DNA of 63,206 nt, counting the filler, from Octopus bimaculoides (lineage: Eukaryota), in NCBI RefSeq assembly GCF_001194135.2. It is 6 parts of 6 records of this genome, joined end to end, with 100 filler letters (N's around TTAATTAATTAA, not from the genome) between each part and the next. Parts side by side here need not be neighbours in the genome. Positions count along the whole stretch, not along the records: positions 1 to 11,667 come from NC_068987.1; positions 11,768 to 41,115 come from NC_068992.1; 4 more parts are not named here. The stretch is one strand, 5' to 3'. Positions 1 through 13,465 of this stretch are shown here, piece after piece. The notes beneath the pieces are model-generated. The model ran no database searches. It was not told the origin of the DNA and saw only the letters and a program-made list of their open reading frames with translations. The position numbers and the translations under genes were made by a program. Each line of letters starts with the position of its first letter. Position 1 is the first letter of the stretch.

Positions 1-43
1 AGTATCGAAATGGTGTACATATACATGTATATGTATACATATA

Positions 44-46
<3 letters not shown>

Positions 47-88
<42 letters not shown>

Positions 89-108
89 CTTTCTCTCTTT
101 CTCTCTCT
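47..108. repeat. (CT)n microsatellite
   Basis: Direct dinucleotide run. Confidence 0.95.
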
Positions 109-179
109 GTGAAAGTATCTGTCACTACAGTATCGAAATGTGATTGTTTCAGTTAGTGGAATAGTTTCATTTTTAAAGT

Positions 180-381
180 GAAAGTATTTGACATGAGTGT
201 TTTTGTTTCACTTTTGACACGTAATACTTAAATAGTGGAGGAGATATTATGTTGCCTTGTGCTCGAACTCTGCAAGAGTTTAATCATTTTCTTTGACTAA
301 AACACAACTGGAACCCTAAGTAAGGCATGTGTAAAATTTGAATGAAATTGGTTGCGTAGTTCTCGAGTTTTAGGGTTTCAC

Positions 382-416
<35 letters not shown>

Positions 417-425
417 CACTAGATA
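180..425 (+). mobile_element. Helentron-associated (HINE/DINE-like) non-autonomous element remnant
   Basis: AAATTTGAATGAAATTGGTTGCGTAGTTCTCGAG followed by (GACA)n, the usual core-plus-microsatellite layout of HINE/DINE-type repeats. Ends not defined. Confidence 0.4.
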
Positions 426-2759
426 AACGTGAGTGAACAAACGAAAGTGCCGCCCATTTCATTTTGTAGGAGTCACATGTTTTTGATAACAGTTTGACTC
501 AGCTCCGTATTACTTTAAGTGTCGTGTGCGCGTAGAACATGAACCCAGGCTCTCAATAGCGATCACATTTGATAGCATTCAATATGACTATGAACTGCAA
601 ATGGCCAATTTATGACTAGGTGTTGGTCCGTTAGTCTAAGTTCATAGTTTACGACCCATCTTTTATTACTGCAGTGTGTACATGACTATAACAAGTCTAA
701 AATGACCCACTTCATCTAGCTGTAAATAAGTACGATAAATAGGTTTCACTCACCAATATAAATAGCAGCAAAGTTAGAATATTTTGTATCACTAAGTTTA
801 AATCATATCATTCTAATCTTTTAACCCTCGGTCAGCCCTGATCGTCATAACTAGGTTGTCTCTTCTTATACAGTTTTTAAATACTCAGAGTACCTAATAC
901 CCATAGTACTTAATATCCGTTGAACCCAGTACCCATATTGTCCAGACTATGTCATCCAATGTATCGGCTATAACACGATAAAGTGTTTTGAAAAAAAAAT
1001 TAAGCTGCTATTTCTACCAGATCGGGTAACCATGTAAAAGTTGCATCACCGTATCCTTTTGTTTTCAGAGTTATCCTCCACGTATATGATTTTCCTTCAA
1101 ATCTCTACTGCAGGTAACAGTGAGCCCCACAATTCCACCGAAGGGCACCGGTACCAGGAAAAGGCCCCACATGAAGATTTCATATCCGTGAAATTTATCC
1201 ATGGCAAATTAGCTATGATATCATCTAATATGTCCCACTAGTGATAATCTTGTCTTTTTTTTTTCTAAGGGAAATTGTATTGAGAACTATATCAGCTTGA
1301 AAAAAATCATAGATTATGATTTAAGGGTTGTTTGCCAGCTATTTCCAGCATGTTAGACGACCACATCGGTTACATATTAGCTTTTTCACAGTAATCTAAC
1401 ATATCTTGATTATTCCATTTTCATTATATAAAATTTTATCGATGCAGATAATCAATTCTATTCTTATATCCTAGTGATTGCAGTGACTATTACTAACACA
1501 GCTAATAATTATCCTCTAAGCCTTGCGCACACAACAGTTGCTAACGTATGACCCCTGTCTTCTGCACAATGCAGCTAAAACTCCCTCAGACCACACTGTA
1601 CGGTTTAAAAAAATATGGAAATAAAATTAACCAATTTAATACACAAATCGATACGTTAGTGGAGAGGGGGACGCTTTTGATCACATGTTTGTTGAACCAC
1701 GGCTGACCAGAGGTTAAAATGCATACATGTTTCGAACGAACTAACGGACTCTGCTCCAATACAGATTGGCTCGACCAGGGTTAACTTAGAACAAAACAAC
1801 AACTACTATCACCACCACTACAAAAACAAAAGCAACAAGTCGTTGTTTGGTCATTCTTAGGTTTTTTTCATTCATAATCTCTGCAGAAGCTAAAGTCACA
1901 CTTTTCCACTTTCTGTGCTCGTTATTTACAGCAATAAAGATGAACTAGTCCACTGTTCCTTTTCTTATGGCATTACTTACACTGCTTCAATGTTTACTTC
2001 TGACACGAATATTTGTTGACATAGATAGTTAAAGCTTCTACATGGACAGTCTATATGCTAAAAATAGCAGCCAAATTCCTTCAAATCATATCTCACCATC
2101 ATATACGGTTTCCTGCATATAGAACAAAAGACGAAATGGTTAAAGAACAACTGTTAAAATTGCATATAAATATACATCTTTCTATTTACTCGCGTATATG
2201 AGTAAGAATGTGTGGCGAACATAAGTAATCAATATTTAATTCTAACCTAAAAATACATGAAATCGGACGTAAAATATTTTAACCAGAGACGATTTTACAG
2301 AGCACTAAAATATCATGGCATACAAGTTGAAAAGCATTATAGTGACATAACTACAAAACTTCTAGTTAGCATAGACACGATACAAAATCCTGGCTTTTTA
2401 GTAGCCTGTGGTCGAGCTGAGTCCGCCATCGACTCAGCCTATCTACAATTATCTTGAAGGTAAAGTCTATACATCGTACCACTGTAACCCCGAAATCATA
2501 AGCATCAAACTTACCAGATAGATGCAAGCTACTTTAAAGTAGTAGTAAGTATGGGAGCATGCACTGCAACAATATGTTACTGCATCTACCATTTGTTGGT
2601 TCATTTTCTTGGTGCTGCTTGGATAGTTGTTGCTGATGAGGGTTTTACGTGGCCGGAATGCAAATCCTCGCTCAACCTCTTTTAGTCACCTTTTACGACG
2701 TTCCGCGGAAACGTTGGATCTATTCTTTGATATGCTGGTCCCCAAACAGTACTATTGTG

Positions 2760-2876
2760 ACGTGAAATTAAGTGTTTTGCTCAAGAACGCAACACGCTGT
2801 CCGGTTCGGGATTCGAACCCACGATCGCTAGATCGTGAGTTCCACACCAAATAACCACTAGACCACGCACATTCAC
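2760..2876 (-). mobile_element. tRNA-derived SINE, family E, 5' part
   Basis: Minus strand has A box TGGTCTAGTGG and B box GTTCGAATCC, then GTTGCGTTCTTGAGCAAAACACTT, a motif shared with the copy at 36179. Confidence 0.75.
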
Positions 2877-4489
2877 TTTAAAGACTCTATTTAAATTCAT
2901 TACTTACCATTATACTTCTATAAATCATGAATTCCACAACTCCATTAGTTGGAAGAGCTTAGATTTTTGCTTCAAAATAACACCTTCCATCTTTAGTAAG
3001 AAATAGGAAATAGAAAAATAAAAATAAAAAAGGTCTGAGCTACCAGAGAAATCTGAAGTTGAACTAACTACTTAGAAGAGTACATATCTAATTTAGCAAG
3101 ATAGGTTAGGCATAGTTTGACACTGTGTGCTTTACTTCCATGCAATATGTTTGAAAGGCATGATCACCAACCGAGATAGGCACCACATTTTTTTGTTTTG
3201 AAAGATATCCAATTATTTGTATTCACATGAAATATAAAATTCCTTGTGATAACATTTCAATTGAGTGAGGCTTCACCGAGAGAGCGGCTATCTATTTTAC
3301 TTAGGCAAGTAATTCAATAAGGTGACCCAAAATAAATAATAGTCAGTCACTTTTTTTGTTTATTTGTTGTTTCGTTTTAAGAAATATTCCTAGTTCTCTA
3401 TTTTGTTTCCTTTTTTTTCTCTCTATCATTCTCGAGGCTCCTTGCTGTTCGGAACTCGTAATCAACTACGATGTTTATCTCGCTAGCTATGTATTTGTGC
3501 TAGATGCAATCGTGAAACCTTGAAATCATTAAAATGGCGAATTCTTATGATTCTAATACTCGAAGGTATCTACATAAACACAACTTTTGCGTCGCAAAAT
3601 TTGTGCTCTCGCATACATGTGAATGTATCCATACATACATGCATCTATATATATATACATTTATATATATATATATNNNNNNNNNNNNNNNNNNNNNNNN
3701 NNNNNNNNNNNNNNNNNNNNNNNNNNNNNNNNNNNNNNNNNNNNNNNNNNNNNNNNNNNNNNNNNNNNNNNNNNNNNNNNNNNNNNNNNNNNNNNNNNNN
3801 NNNNNNNNNNNNNNNNNNNNNNNNNNNNNNNNNNNNNNNNNNNNNNNNNNNNNNNNNNNNNNNNNNNNNNNNNNNNNNNNNNNNNNNNNNNNNNNNNNNN
3901 NNNNNNNNNNNNNNNNNNNNNNNNNNNNNNNNNNNNNNNNNNNNNNNNNNNNNNNNNNNNNNNNNNNNNNNNNNNNNNNNNNNNNNNNNNNNNNNNNNNN
4001 NNNNNNNNNNNNNNNNNNNNNNNNNNNNNNNNNNNNNNNNNNNNNNNNNNNNNNNNNNNNNNNNNNNNNNNNNNNNNNNNNNNNNNNNNNNNNNNNNNNN
4101 NNNNNNNNNNNNNNNNNNNNNNNNNNNNNNNNNNNNNNNNNNNNNNNNNNNNNNNNNNNNNNNNNNNNNNNNNNNNNNNGTGTTCAATTCTTCACGTGTC
4201 CACCTTTCTTTTCCTACATAACGTACTAAGGACTGGACGGCTTCTGTCTCTCTCTTCTATCTTTTCTCTTTCCAAAGAAAATATTTCTTCCAGCGTTCAC
4301 TATTTTTCGCCTCGTTTTCGTCCAACGACCCTCGATGTTTGTTTTCGTTCGGTTTTTTCGTATGTCTCTACTGACCTGTTTTTGTTCCCAACTTTGTCTC
4401 TCCATAAAATCCAAAATTTATTTTGGAAGTTATGGGAGTAACTGTCTTCGAAGACTCATATTGTCGTTGAAAGCTCGAAATGAGGAGTA

Positions 4490-4640
4490 GATATACAGCC
4501 GACTACTGATGAAGGGTCGTTCTTTGTGTTACTTGTCCTGTTTTCAATATTTTTTCTCTCGTTGTTTGCGTATTTAATTCGTTTGTTTTCGTACTTCATG
4601 TTGTTTATAGCTGGAGACGTCCTGTACCCATATTTGCAGT
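4490..4640 (+). mobile_element. Interspersed repeat, possibly Penelope-like terminal region
   Basis: ACTGATGAAGGG..TTCTTT.TGTT...TGTC and a downstream GTCCTGTAC recur in opposite orientation at 40640-40790. Confidence 0.4.
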
Positions 4641-5199
4641 GGTGTTTGCTTAAAAGTTCTGGGTTTGGGTAAAAGAAAATACAAAAGGATCAGTTAATAA
4701 TGAATATTAATTATAGGAGAGTATTGTAGGACCCCAAATTAACAACAGGATGGAAGTTGGTAATCAATATATTATTTAGCTACATCTGGATGTGTGTAGT
4801 TTAATTCTTAATAACATGCTCATATATTGTTTACAACAAAAAAAAAGAAGGGCAAAAAAAAAGAAAGAAAGAAAAAAGAGAAGCTGCACGTATAACACAT
4901 AACTTAGAAGCAGCGCCACAGATGTTTCAACACAACACACACGAGATTGAAACAGCCGACCTCACGCACTTCTCATGAGGAATTCCAGAAGAAGCTTCGT
5001 GAGACCACTCCTGGGACGCTTCAGAAAAAAGAAAAACCGCTGGAAAACAGTTTATAGCAGAGACTCCAGCAAATAAAATCTGAAGATGGAATTCTAATTC
5101 CGAAATATCATCGGACTACAGTTTACCAAGTTACAACAGGTATACAGTCCATTTTTTGTTCTATATTGCATTTTTATACCTTCCTAAACTTTTTAATAT

Positions 5200-5510
5200 T
5201 AATTATGATTTTATTCAATATATTCCCCTCTCAGATTCACACACCTACTTCAGTGATCCTTCAGTTTTTCTAAGCCCTGTTGAAGAACTCGGAAAGTGCT
5301 GTGTCGACGCCCCCAGGCGAAGAAGTAGGATCTCCCAAGACATATAAATAGAGGTAGTCTGGCCGTGGTAGGAGTGTTGAGTAGCAGTCGAGTAGCAGTT
5401 GTGTAGCGGTTGAGTAGAGATCATCCGAAGGTGCTAGATAGCAGTAGCTTGAGACATAACAGAAAGTTAGGCCTCTAACCAGGCCTTTCACGACATCTCT
5501 AAAGCCAAGA
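5200..5510 (-). mobile_element. Mariner transposase 3' remnant, interrupted by a solo LTR
   Basis: Minus strand GLEKLKDH*SRCVNLRGEYIE* resembles the mariner C-terminus. Second copy at 52781-52902. Confidence 0.7.
5297..5461. mobile_element. Solo LTR, 165 bp
   Basis: TG...CA ends, 7/9 terminal inverted repeat (TGCTGTGTC / GACATAACA), exact 5-bp TSD GAAAG at 5292-5296 and 5462-5466, TATAAATA at 5343-5350. Confidence 0.8.
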
Positions 5511-5731
5511 AATTTTCAGCACTGACTATATATGGGTTGGGTTCAACTGTGTGTATGTTTGTATTAGCGGGGAGCCATACTTTAGACTTAATCACATAGT
5601 TTCATTTACTCACAAATAACGAACTCTGCACCTCTTTACCACACACTTATGTTGACGACTTAAGTACTTACGTCATTACACAACTCACATACATTACATA
5701 CCATACGTAAAAGAAAACACAAACGCACAGT

Positions 5732-5845
<114 letters not shown>

Positions 5846-6317
5846 AAACAGATGAATAGTTTATCCGGTATAGCTACAACTGCTTGAATTGAAGCATTGG
5901 CGTTACCATAATGCTCTGGCGATCTACTGAACTAGTCTTCTATATCTATGTTGATTTGTAAATGTACAATTGTACTGTGCAACGTATAGCATGCATAATG
6001 GTGCAAGCGTATAAAATAATTTATTATACACTGAAATTATTATCATTACATCATGAAGGCTGTGAAGCAGCCGTAACCCTATGGATGACGAGTGGTTAAA
6101 TAAATATATCCCCTCTCATACCTCTTGACTTTTTATGGTCTATATACCCCTCATGAAATAATTTCATAGATTGTATCTCCTGGATTTCAGCTGCAAGAAA
6201 TTATACATTATACTCTTCTGTTTTGGGGTTATAATCTGGTATGAAAAACAGGTACACTAGAAGAGCTTTTGGGTGATGCCCTTGGATTCCATGAATTCAT
6301 ATATTGCACAATAAATT

Positions 6318-6351
<34 letters not shown>

Positions 6352-6384
6352 TATGTGTGTGTACATGCATCTATGTGTGCATGC

Positions 6385-6580
6385 TTTTGTCTTTGTAACC
6401 CCGTTACTACTTGATAACCGGTTTTGGCTTGTCTACGTCTTCATAAATTAGCGGTTCGATAAACGGGTTTTTTTAAAGAAAAGGTACCGGAGTCGAGTTA
6501 TTCGACTAAAAACCTTTCAAGCCGTTGCCCCACCATGGCCGCAGTCAAATGATTTAAACCATAAAAGATAAAAGATTATA
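6385..6580 (+). mobile_element. SINE family A, 3' half
   Basis: ...TTAGCGGTTCG...GCCCCACCATGGCCGCAGTCAAATGA, shared with many copies in the window. Confidence 0.75.
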
Positions 6581-6614
6581 ACTCGACCTTAAAACAAGCA
6601 TTAATATATCAATA

Positions 6615-6657
<43 letters not shown>

Positions 6658-6683
6658 TAGATTGATATAGATAGATAGAGAGA

Positions 6684-6753
<70 letters not shown>

Positions 6754-7360
6754 GTGAGAAATGTATATGTATGTATATACACACACTCAGACATAAGTAA
6801 ATATATACACTCAAGTGCATATAATGACAGAATATATTAAACTTTGTATTTAATTTTCGCAATTCATAAATGGGTATTTTATTTTGTACCTTTGATATTT
6901 TCTTTAGCGAGATAATAGATTGGAATAAAAAAGAAATACTTTATTGCGATTTACAGTAGCGTAGCACATTACATTACAAACTGGTTTGATCGACATCCAA
7001 AGTTAAACGCAATAGATGGAGACACATAACATTGATAAATAATAACAGAAAGTATCTCAATTTAGATTTGTAATACAAATAACATTTGTGTGTTTTAAAC
7101 GAAAAGCAAACACAGACTGACAAGACAGTCAAAGAAATAATAAAAAGCAATCTCTTTAGAGGATCTAGCTTGAATTAGCTTTATATTTGTTACCAGGACA
7201 CAGGGATTATGTATATGTCAGAGATTTCTTGTTATTTAATTTAAAGGATGTTTGTAGAGTTTATGTAACCGTTTACGGGGATAACGAAAATTGTTCAGGT
7301 TCCTTTGTGAGATGGTACTTAAAATATTCGCTAAGTTGGCTCCGATTTCTGTATAAATAT

Positions 7361-7610
7361 CTTTTATCTTTTATTTGTTTCAGTCATTGGACTGCGACCA
7401 TGCTGGGGCACCGCCTTCCAGGGGGTTTTAGTCGATTAGTTCGACCCCATTATATATTTTCAATTCTGGTACTTGGTCTATCAGTCTCTTGCCGAACCTC
7501 TAAATTAAGGGGGCGTAAACAAAGCAGCACCAGTTATCAGGCAGTGCTGAAGACAAGCACAGACTCAAACACGCGCGCGCATACACACGTATATTATAAA
7601 TATATATATG

Positions 7611-7671
<61 letters not shown>

Positions 7672-8096
7672 GTGTGTGTGGTGTGTGTGTGTAAGAATGC
7701 GTGTGTGTGTGTATGTGTGTGTGTGTGTATGCATATACACACACACATAATTGTCTTCTTTAACAATTATATATCCGCTATATCGGAAATCTGCAATGGA
7801 TCCATAACTACCGTCTAGGCTATAATCTTGGAGCCCTAGTAATACGTTATAGCACTTACCTAGCGTACCTAAACCCCCATATTTTGTATGTATATGTATG
7901 TGTGTGAATGTATATATATATATATATATATATATACACGACGGGCTTCTAGACATTTTCCGTCTACCAAATTCACTCACAAGGCTTGGGCTACCCAGGG
8001 CTATAATAGAAGACACTAGCTAAGATGCTGTGCAGTGGGACTGAATCTGAAATCACGTAAATGCAACGGGAGCCTCTTAACCATACTGCCATACCT
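7361..8096 (-). mobile_element. SINE family A (tRNA head, CORE-like segment, internal microsatellite), expanded copy
   Basis: Aligns by eye with 41717-42097 and 62457-62870. Internal (TA)n/(TG)n expanded plus about 120 bp of inserted sequence. Confidence 0.8.
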
Positions 8097-9334
8097 GAAT
8101 TTGTTTATTTCCTTTTTTCAATTTTGTCTCTATCTGGGCCCTACCACTTTCTTTATATTCCTTTCGAGTTATCTGTTTATTTTCATGTTTATAGTAATAT
8201 ATTTCACGTTACACTCTCGCCTCTATATCAACTATCAATGAATTAATTAAAGAATTTAGACTTTCAAGTAGATACAAATTTCTATCTGAAACAGAAATCC
8301 AAAACAAAAATGGCGACTAAGTAGCTAGAGAACGGAGTAATATTTATAATACGAAAGTATTTGTAGCCGAATGTGATAATAAATCTGTTGCCAACAATTT
8401 TCAAACTGATGAGTATGATATCTCTTGAGTATATTTGTATATTTACGTTCAATGAAATCTAAATCTAATAGGAATTGCTTGAAGGAAATTTTCATACTGC
8501 ATGAACCACTATGATAAAAGTCAAAAAGAAAATTCTGTCCTGAGGAGAAGAAAGATTTAATACTTGCGGCAAATAGTTTCCTTGGAGACTGGAACCCCCA
8601 AATGAAGGATTCTGAATTATTATGCATTTAACTTTTGACCGTAATGTAGCATACCTAGTGTTTATTTTACCTTGTATTAAGTCTTATCGCTGTGATTACC
8701 TAGTAATTGTTTCCTGGCGTCTTACTGATTGCAGTTAATTATAATTAGTACAGTCGTCATGCTCTAAGTCTGAGCTCACAAGAGTTACTAACCGAAAACA
8801 GCAGTCTTTATGTGGCCTCACAATATGCAAGAAATTACGGCTAGAACTACCTCACATTACAACGCAATCTCTTGGAAAATGGAATGATACATTTGCAAAT
8901 GTAGTCCTAATTACACATAGTCACGATGGTGAACGTTAAAACACCATTGATCATCGGTCTGACCATTATTTTATCTATCCTTTAGTCATGGTTCAAGGCA
9001 GTGTCTGTGATCTTTTACAGGGCCTCTGAAACTCAAGGGAAGGAAGACGGTATCCTCAAATCGGAGATCAAACGTGACAGCTTGCAATGAAATGATCTCT
9101 GCTACCGGAACCCAAGGCGCCAGATGTCGTGTTAAACAGGGTGACATCTACCACTCAAATAAGGTAAGGTCGAATTTGTACTCAGAATGCAAAGAGCCGG
9201 AACAAGTACCTCAAGCTTCCGGTCTGACGTTCTTACGGTTTTTACTAACCCACTGCCCTGGATTTGGAAACCAGTTCCATCCTCAGTGGGAGATTTATAA
9301 TAATTTAAAAATATAGAAGAGAGATACATACATG

Positions 9335-9393
<59 letters not shown>

Positions 9394-9403
9394 NNNNNNN
9401 NNN

Positions 9404-9451
<48 letters not shown>

Positions 9452-9592
9452 TTCCTTGGCAAACAGAAAACGATCAAGTAACTACCACACTAAATAACAA
9501 GTACCGAAGGCGATATGATCCACCAAAACTAACAAGTCAGTTCTCGACATGGGTCACAATCCAATCGCTTAAGAGAGTAATAAGGATAAATG

Positions 9593-9628
<36 letters not shown>

Positions 9629-9936
9629 TATATATAAATATATATATATACTCACACACGTGTATGTGTGCGTGTGTATGCGTGCTAATTATATCTCATC
9701 AACGTGTTAAGGGTGTGACGATGTGCAGAAATAAATATAATGATATCAGATAAAAATGTCGCTCAATCCATTTTTTTCTTTTTCCATCTCTCTATAGAAA
9801 CTCTTTGGGTACTACTGAATTTCAGATGCATCTCCAGTGACAAAGGAGTATTCCCAATGTATGTTGACACTCGGTAGCCAATAACTGTGGACGAGCTTTG
9901 CATAGTATGTTACATAGATTTTACCCAAATTTTATG

Positions 9937-9970
<34 letters not shown>

Positions 9971-9973
<3 letters not shown>

Positions 9974-10863
9974 GTAGTCTGGTCAATAAGTATCTGTACT
10001 GCTGTCATAGTAAAGACGCTAAAGCACACAGAGTGAAGCCGCTTGGCACAGCTTGAACTTGAACACTTCTGCGCATGCACACTAAGTTTTAACGTTCTAG
10101 CTCACATCAGCTGTTTACAGCAGTGCTTGGAGCTAACGTGTGTAGCGTGTGTTCGTCGCATTGACCATGACAAAGTTGAGCAGAGAATCGGCATCAAACT
10201 TTGACAAAAGCTTGGCGATACCTGCTTAGAGGCCTACGCAAAGTTTTAATCATCCTCGCCTCAATAAAGGAGATTTTGTGTAACTGAAACCCAAGTGTCT
10301 ATAAGGTCAACTGAAAACAGTTTTGGCAGAAACTTGGCAGACACACGTCTCATAACCAAATCTTCAGTGATAATGAACTGAACTGAACCGCAACTAATCT
10401 GCACGTCTTCTGATAACTCACGGATGGTGATTCGACGATTTCCCCTCTCAGCTGCACGCACATCAGTGATTTATTTCTCAGTTCTGCTGGTTGCAGGTCT
10501 CCCAGAACGTTAGACACTGACGACATTTTTCGGCCATCTTGGATACGTCTGAACCACTCATACACTCCTCTCCATACACTCTTCTCTATACACTCCTCTC
10601 CATACACTTTCTGCAACCTTGCGTAGGCCTTGCGCAGGTATCGCTATGACAACTTTCTCTGCCATGGTCAATGCGACGACCACACGTTATACATGTTACT
10701 TCGAAGCACTAGTGTAAACGGCGGAAGTGGGGTAGAATTTTAAAACTAAGTGCTCATGCACAGCAGAGGTTAAGGTGGACAATATATGCCAAGCGGCTTC
10801 ACTCTACGTGCTTTAGCTTCGTTAGTATGGCAACAGTCCGGATACTTATTGATCAGATCCCTG
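9971..10863. mobile_element. Fold-back mariner derivative made of two inverted 5' ends
   Basis: Minus-strand mariner N-terminal HTH peptides (VYGEECI..VYEWFRR; NRRITIRELSEDVQISCGSVQFIITEDLVMRRVSAKFLPKL). Arms 9971-10243 and ~10620-10863 are inverted copies. TA at 10864-10865. Confidence 0.8.
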
Positions 10864-10866
10864 TAC

Positions 10867-11150
10867 GAAGCTTCCTTCCCAGCCACATGTTTCAGGGTCC
10901 AGTCCCACTGCGTGGCAACTTGGGCAAGTGTCTTCGACTGAAGCCCCATAAACGGATTTGGTAGACGGAAACCGAAAGAAGCCCGTTGAATATATATAAC
11001 AATGTATGTGTGACTGTGTGTGTTTGTCTCCTGCAACCGCTTCACATCCATGATGGGGTGTTTACGTCTCCGTAACTTAGCGGTTCAACATAAGTGACTG
11101 ATAGAATAAGTATCAGGCTTGAAAAGTAAGTACTTTGGTCGATTCATTCG
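10867..11150 (+). mobile_element. SINE family A
   Basis: CAGTCCCACTGCGTGGCAACTTGGGCAAGTGTCTTC...GTAACTTAGCGGTTC. Confidence 0.8.
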
Positions 11151-11329
11151 ATAAATTTATTCCATTTATTTTTCTTCATTCGACTTCACTCGTATTGCTC
11201 TTTTAAGTTTTTCCACCTTTTATTGGTGTATATGTGTATATTCTATAGTGTTGGGTTTTACCATTGGGTGCCCTGTTGTTTTAATATGTATTTATATTCG
11301 GTTTATGATAATTTGGGAATAATTTTTTC

Positions 11330-11537
11330 TACTTTAGGTACAAGGCCCGACATCTTGGGGGAAGATGACAGTCAATTAGATCGACCCCAGAACGCAACTT
11401 GTACTTAATTTATCGACCCCGAAAGAATGAAAGGCAAAGTCGACCTCGACGGAATTTGAACTCAGAATATAAACACAAACGAAATAGCGCTAAGCATTTC
11501 ACCCGGCGTGCTAACGTTTCTGCCAGCTCGCCGCCTT
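11330..11537 (-). mobile_element. SINE family B1, near full length
   Basis: Minus strand GGCGGCGAGCTGGCAGAAACGTTAGCACG...CTGAGTTCAAATTCCG...GTCGATAAATTAAGTAC; more than 12 copies in the window. Confidence 0.85.
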
Positions 11538-11617
11538 CATAATTTGGGAATAATATAAAGTTGCTCTGACCGATTGGAGCGTTTATTCATTATACCTTTC
11601 ATTTATACATACATACA

Positions 11618-11667
<50 letters not shown>

Positions 11668-11767
11668 NNNNNNNNNNNNNNNNNNNNNNNNNNNNNNNNN
11701 NNNNNNNNNNNTTAATTAATTAANNNNNNNNNNNNNNNNNNNNNNNNNNNNNNNNNNNNNNNNNNNN
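11668..11767. other. Artificial 100-bp gap spacer N44-TTAATTAATTAA-N44
   Basis: The same 12-mer (stop codons in all six frames) sits inside N runs at 11712, 41160, 53757, 59019 and 61776. Confidence 0.95.
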
Positions 11768-13154
11768 TTACAATGAAGTAGAGAAATTTGAAAAGACAAC
11801 ACGAAACCGGTTATTTCTCAAAATGCAATGTTTATACACCAAAAAGATTTTATAACATTTTTCTAACATTTTTCTAAAATTTTTCTGACATAATTTAAAT
11901 ATATACTTTAACCATGTAACACAAGCCTTCTGTAGTTTTTTCACTCTTATTATCTTTTATACATCCAACCACGTCCTTTCACATACCAACTTTCTCACCT
12001 ATATATATATATATATATATGCTGTTTAACTTGTTTCAGTCATTTGACTGTGGCCACGAAATACAATGTTTATATACCAAAAAGATTTTATAATATTTTT
12101 CTAACATTTTTCTAAAATTTTTCTGACATAATTTAAATATATACATTAACCATGTAACACAAGCCTTCTGTAGTTTTTTCACTCTTATCTTTTATACATC
12201 CAACCATATATATATATATATATATATATTTCTTTCGGATTCTGAAGCTAACAGGCCAGGAATTTCAACTCAGAACGTTAAGAAGGACGTACTGCCGCTA
12301 AGCACGCCAGCTTGCTGTCTTACTTTTTAAAGTGAAATATTAAGATATTGATAGGTTTAGGTTACTCTGAAACTAACTTTAAAATATCAATTTTGAAAAA
12401 TTAGATATTAGATTTTAAAATATTAAATTTACAAATATTAAATTTAATACGCTTACAAGATTATTCAAATATCTATAATTTGTCTGAATTTTTTTAAATA
12501 TACACATTTATTTTAATAATATGTGCAAACACCTGGATTGTGTCAGGTGTGTAGTGTGTAGGTCCAGCTAATATGATCATTTGTAGGATGGAAATTGAAG
12601 TTAAATATAAACAAGTAGAAAAGTAAAATGAAATACAACTAAAAGCTAAAAATTGAAAAAGAGAAGCATTTAATACAGAGAAGTCTCATCATTTGAGAAG
12701 TATGATAGATACATAGAATATAAAGGTTTTGTACATTTTCTAGCAACGAATGTTTTATTAATATGTTGTTTGGTGGTAATTTAAAATTCATAGGTAACAT
12801 TTCAGTGCATTGCAATCCTGGCTCTCACGACTCAATCGATAATGGAAAGAAACATGATTTAGGATAGACCTTTCCAATTGCTGTATATTCCTGCTATGCC
12901 AAGAGTATTAGAGAAACTGTTGACCTGGGGTTTAATTTATTCAGCTTCTTTCTCTATGTTTTTTATTCTCAACGTTTCCGAACTTTTGCCTCCCTTTCTT
13001 CAAGTCATTCTCGTTTCTGCGAAATCGTTACGGATGGTTTTGGAGGTGAAAAGTTACCCCTAGTCGTCCGTTTGTAGCGCTAAGGACGAAACGATTTTAC
13101 CATGATATCCTCCAGGTGTTCTGGAAAGAGCAGTTTCTTTCGTTGTTCGTGTCT

Positions 13155-13216
<62 letters not shown>

Positions 13217-13465
13217 GGTGGTCGTGGTGGTCGTGGTGGCTGTGGTGTTGGTGGTGGTTGTAGCACTAGTAGTAGTAGTAGTAGTAGCAGTAGTGGTGGT
13301 GGTTGTAGTAGTAGTAGTAGTAGTAGTTGTAATAGTAGTAGCAGTAGTAGTAGTAGCACAAGTAGTAGTATTTGTAGTAGTAGCAGCAGTTAGTAGCAAT
13401 AGTAGTAGTATATTGTTATTATTATCATTAAAGTTTATTATTATTATTATTATCATTATTATTAT
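13155..13465. repeat. Compound (TAG)n/(GTG)n/(TTA)n microsatellite
   Basis: Direct. Confidence 0.95.

Noticed and set aside
4500-4550. CTGATGA-stem motif (and its relative at ~40750-40790) as a hammerhead
   Set aside because: Both copies have GTTT where GAAA is required.
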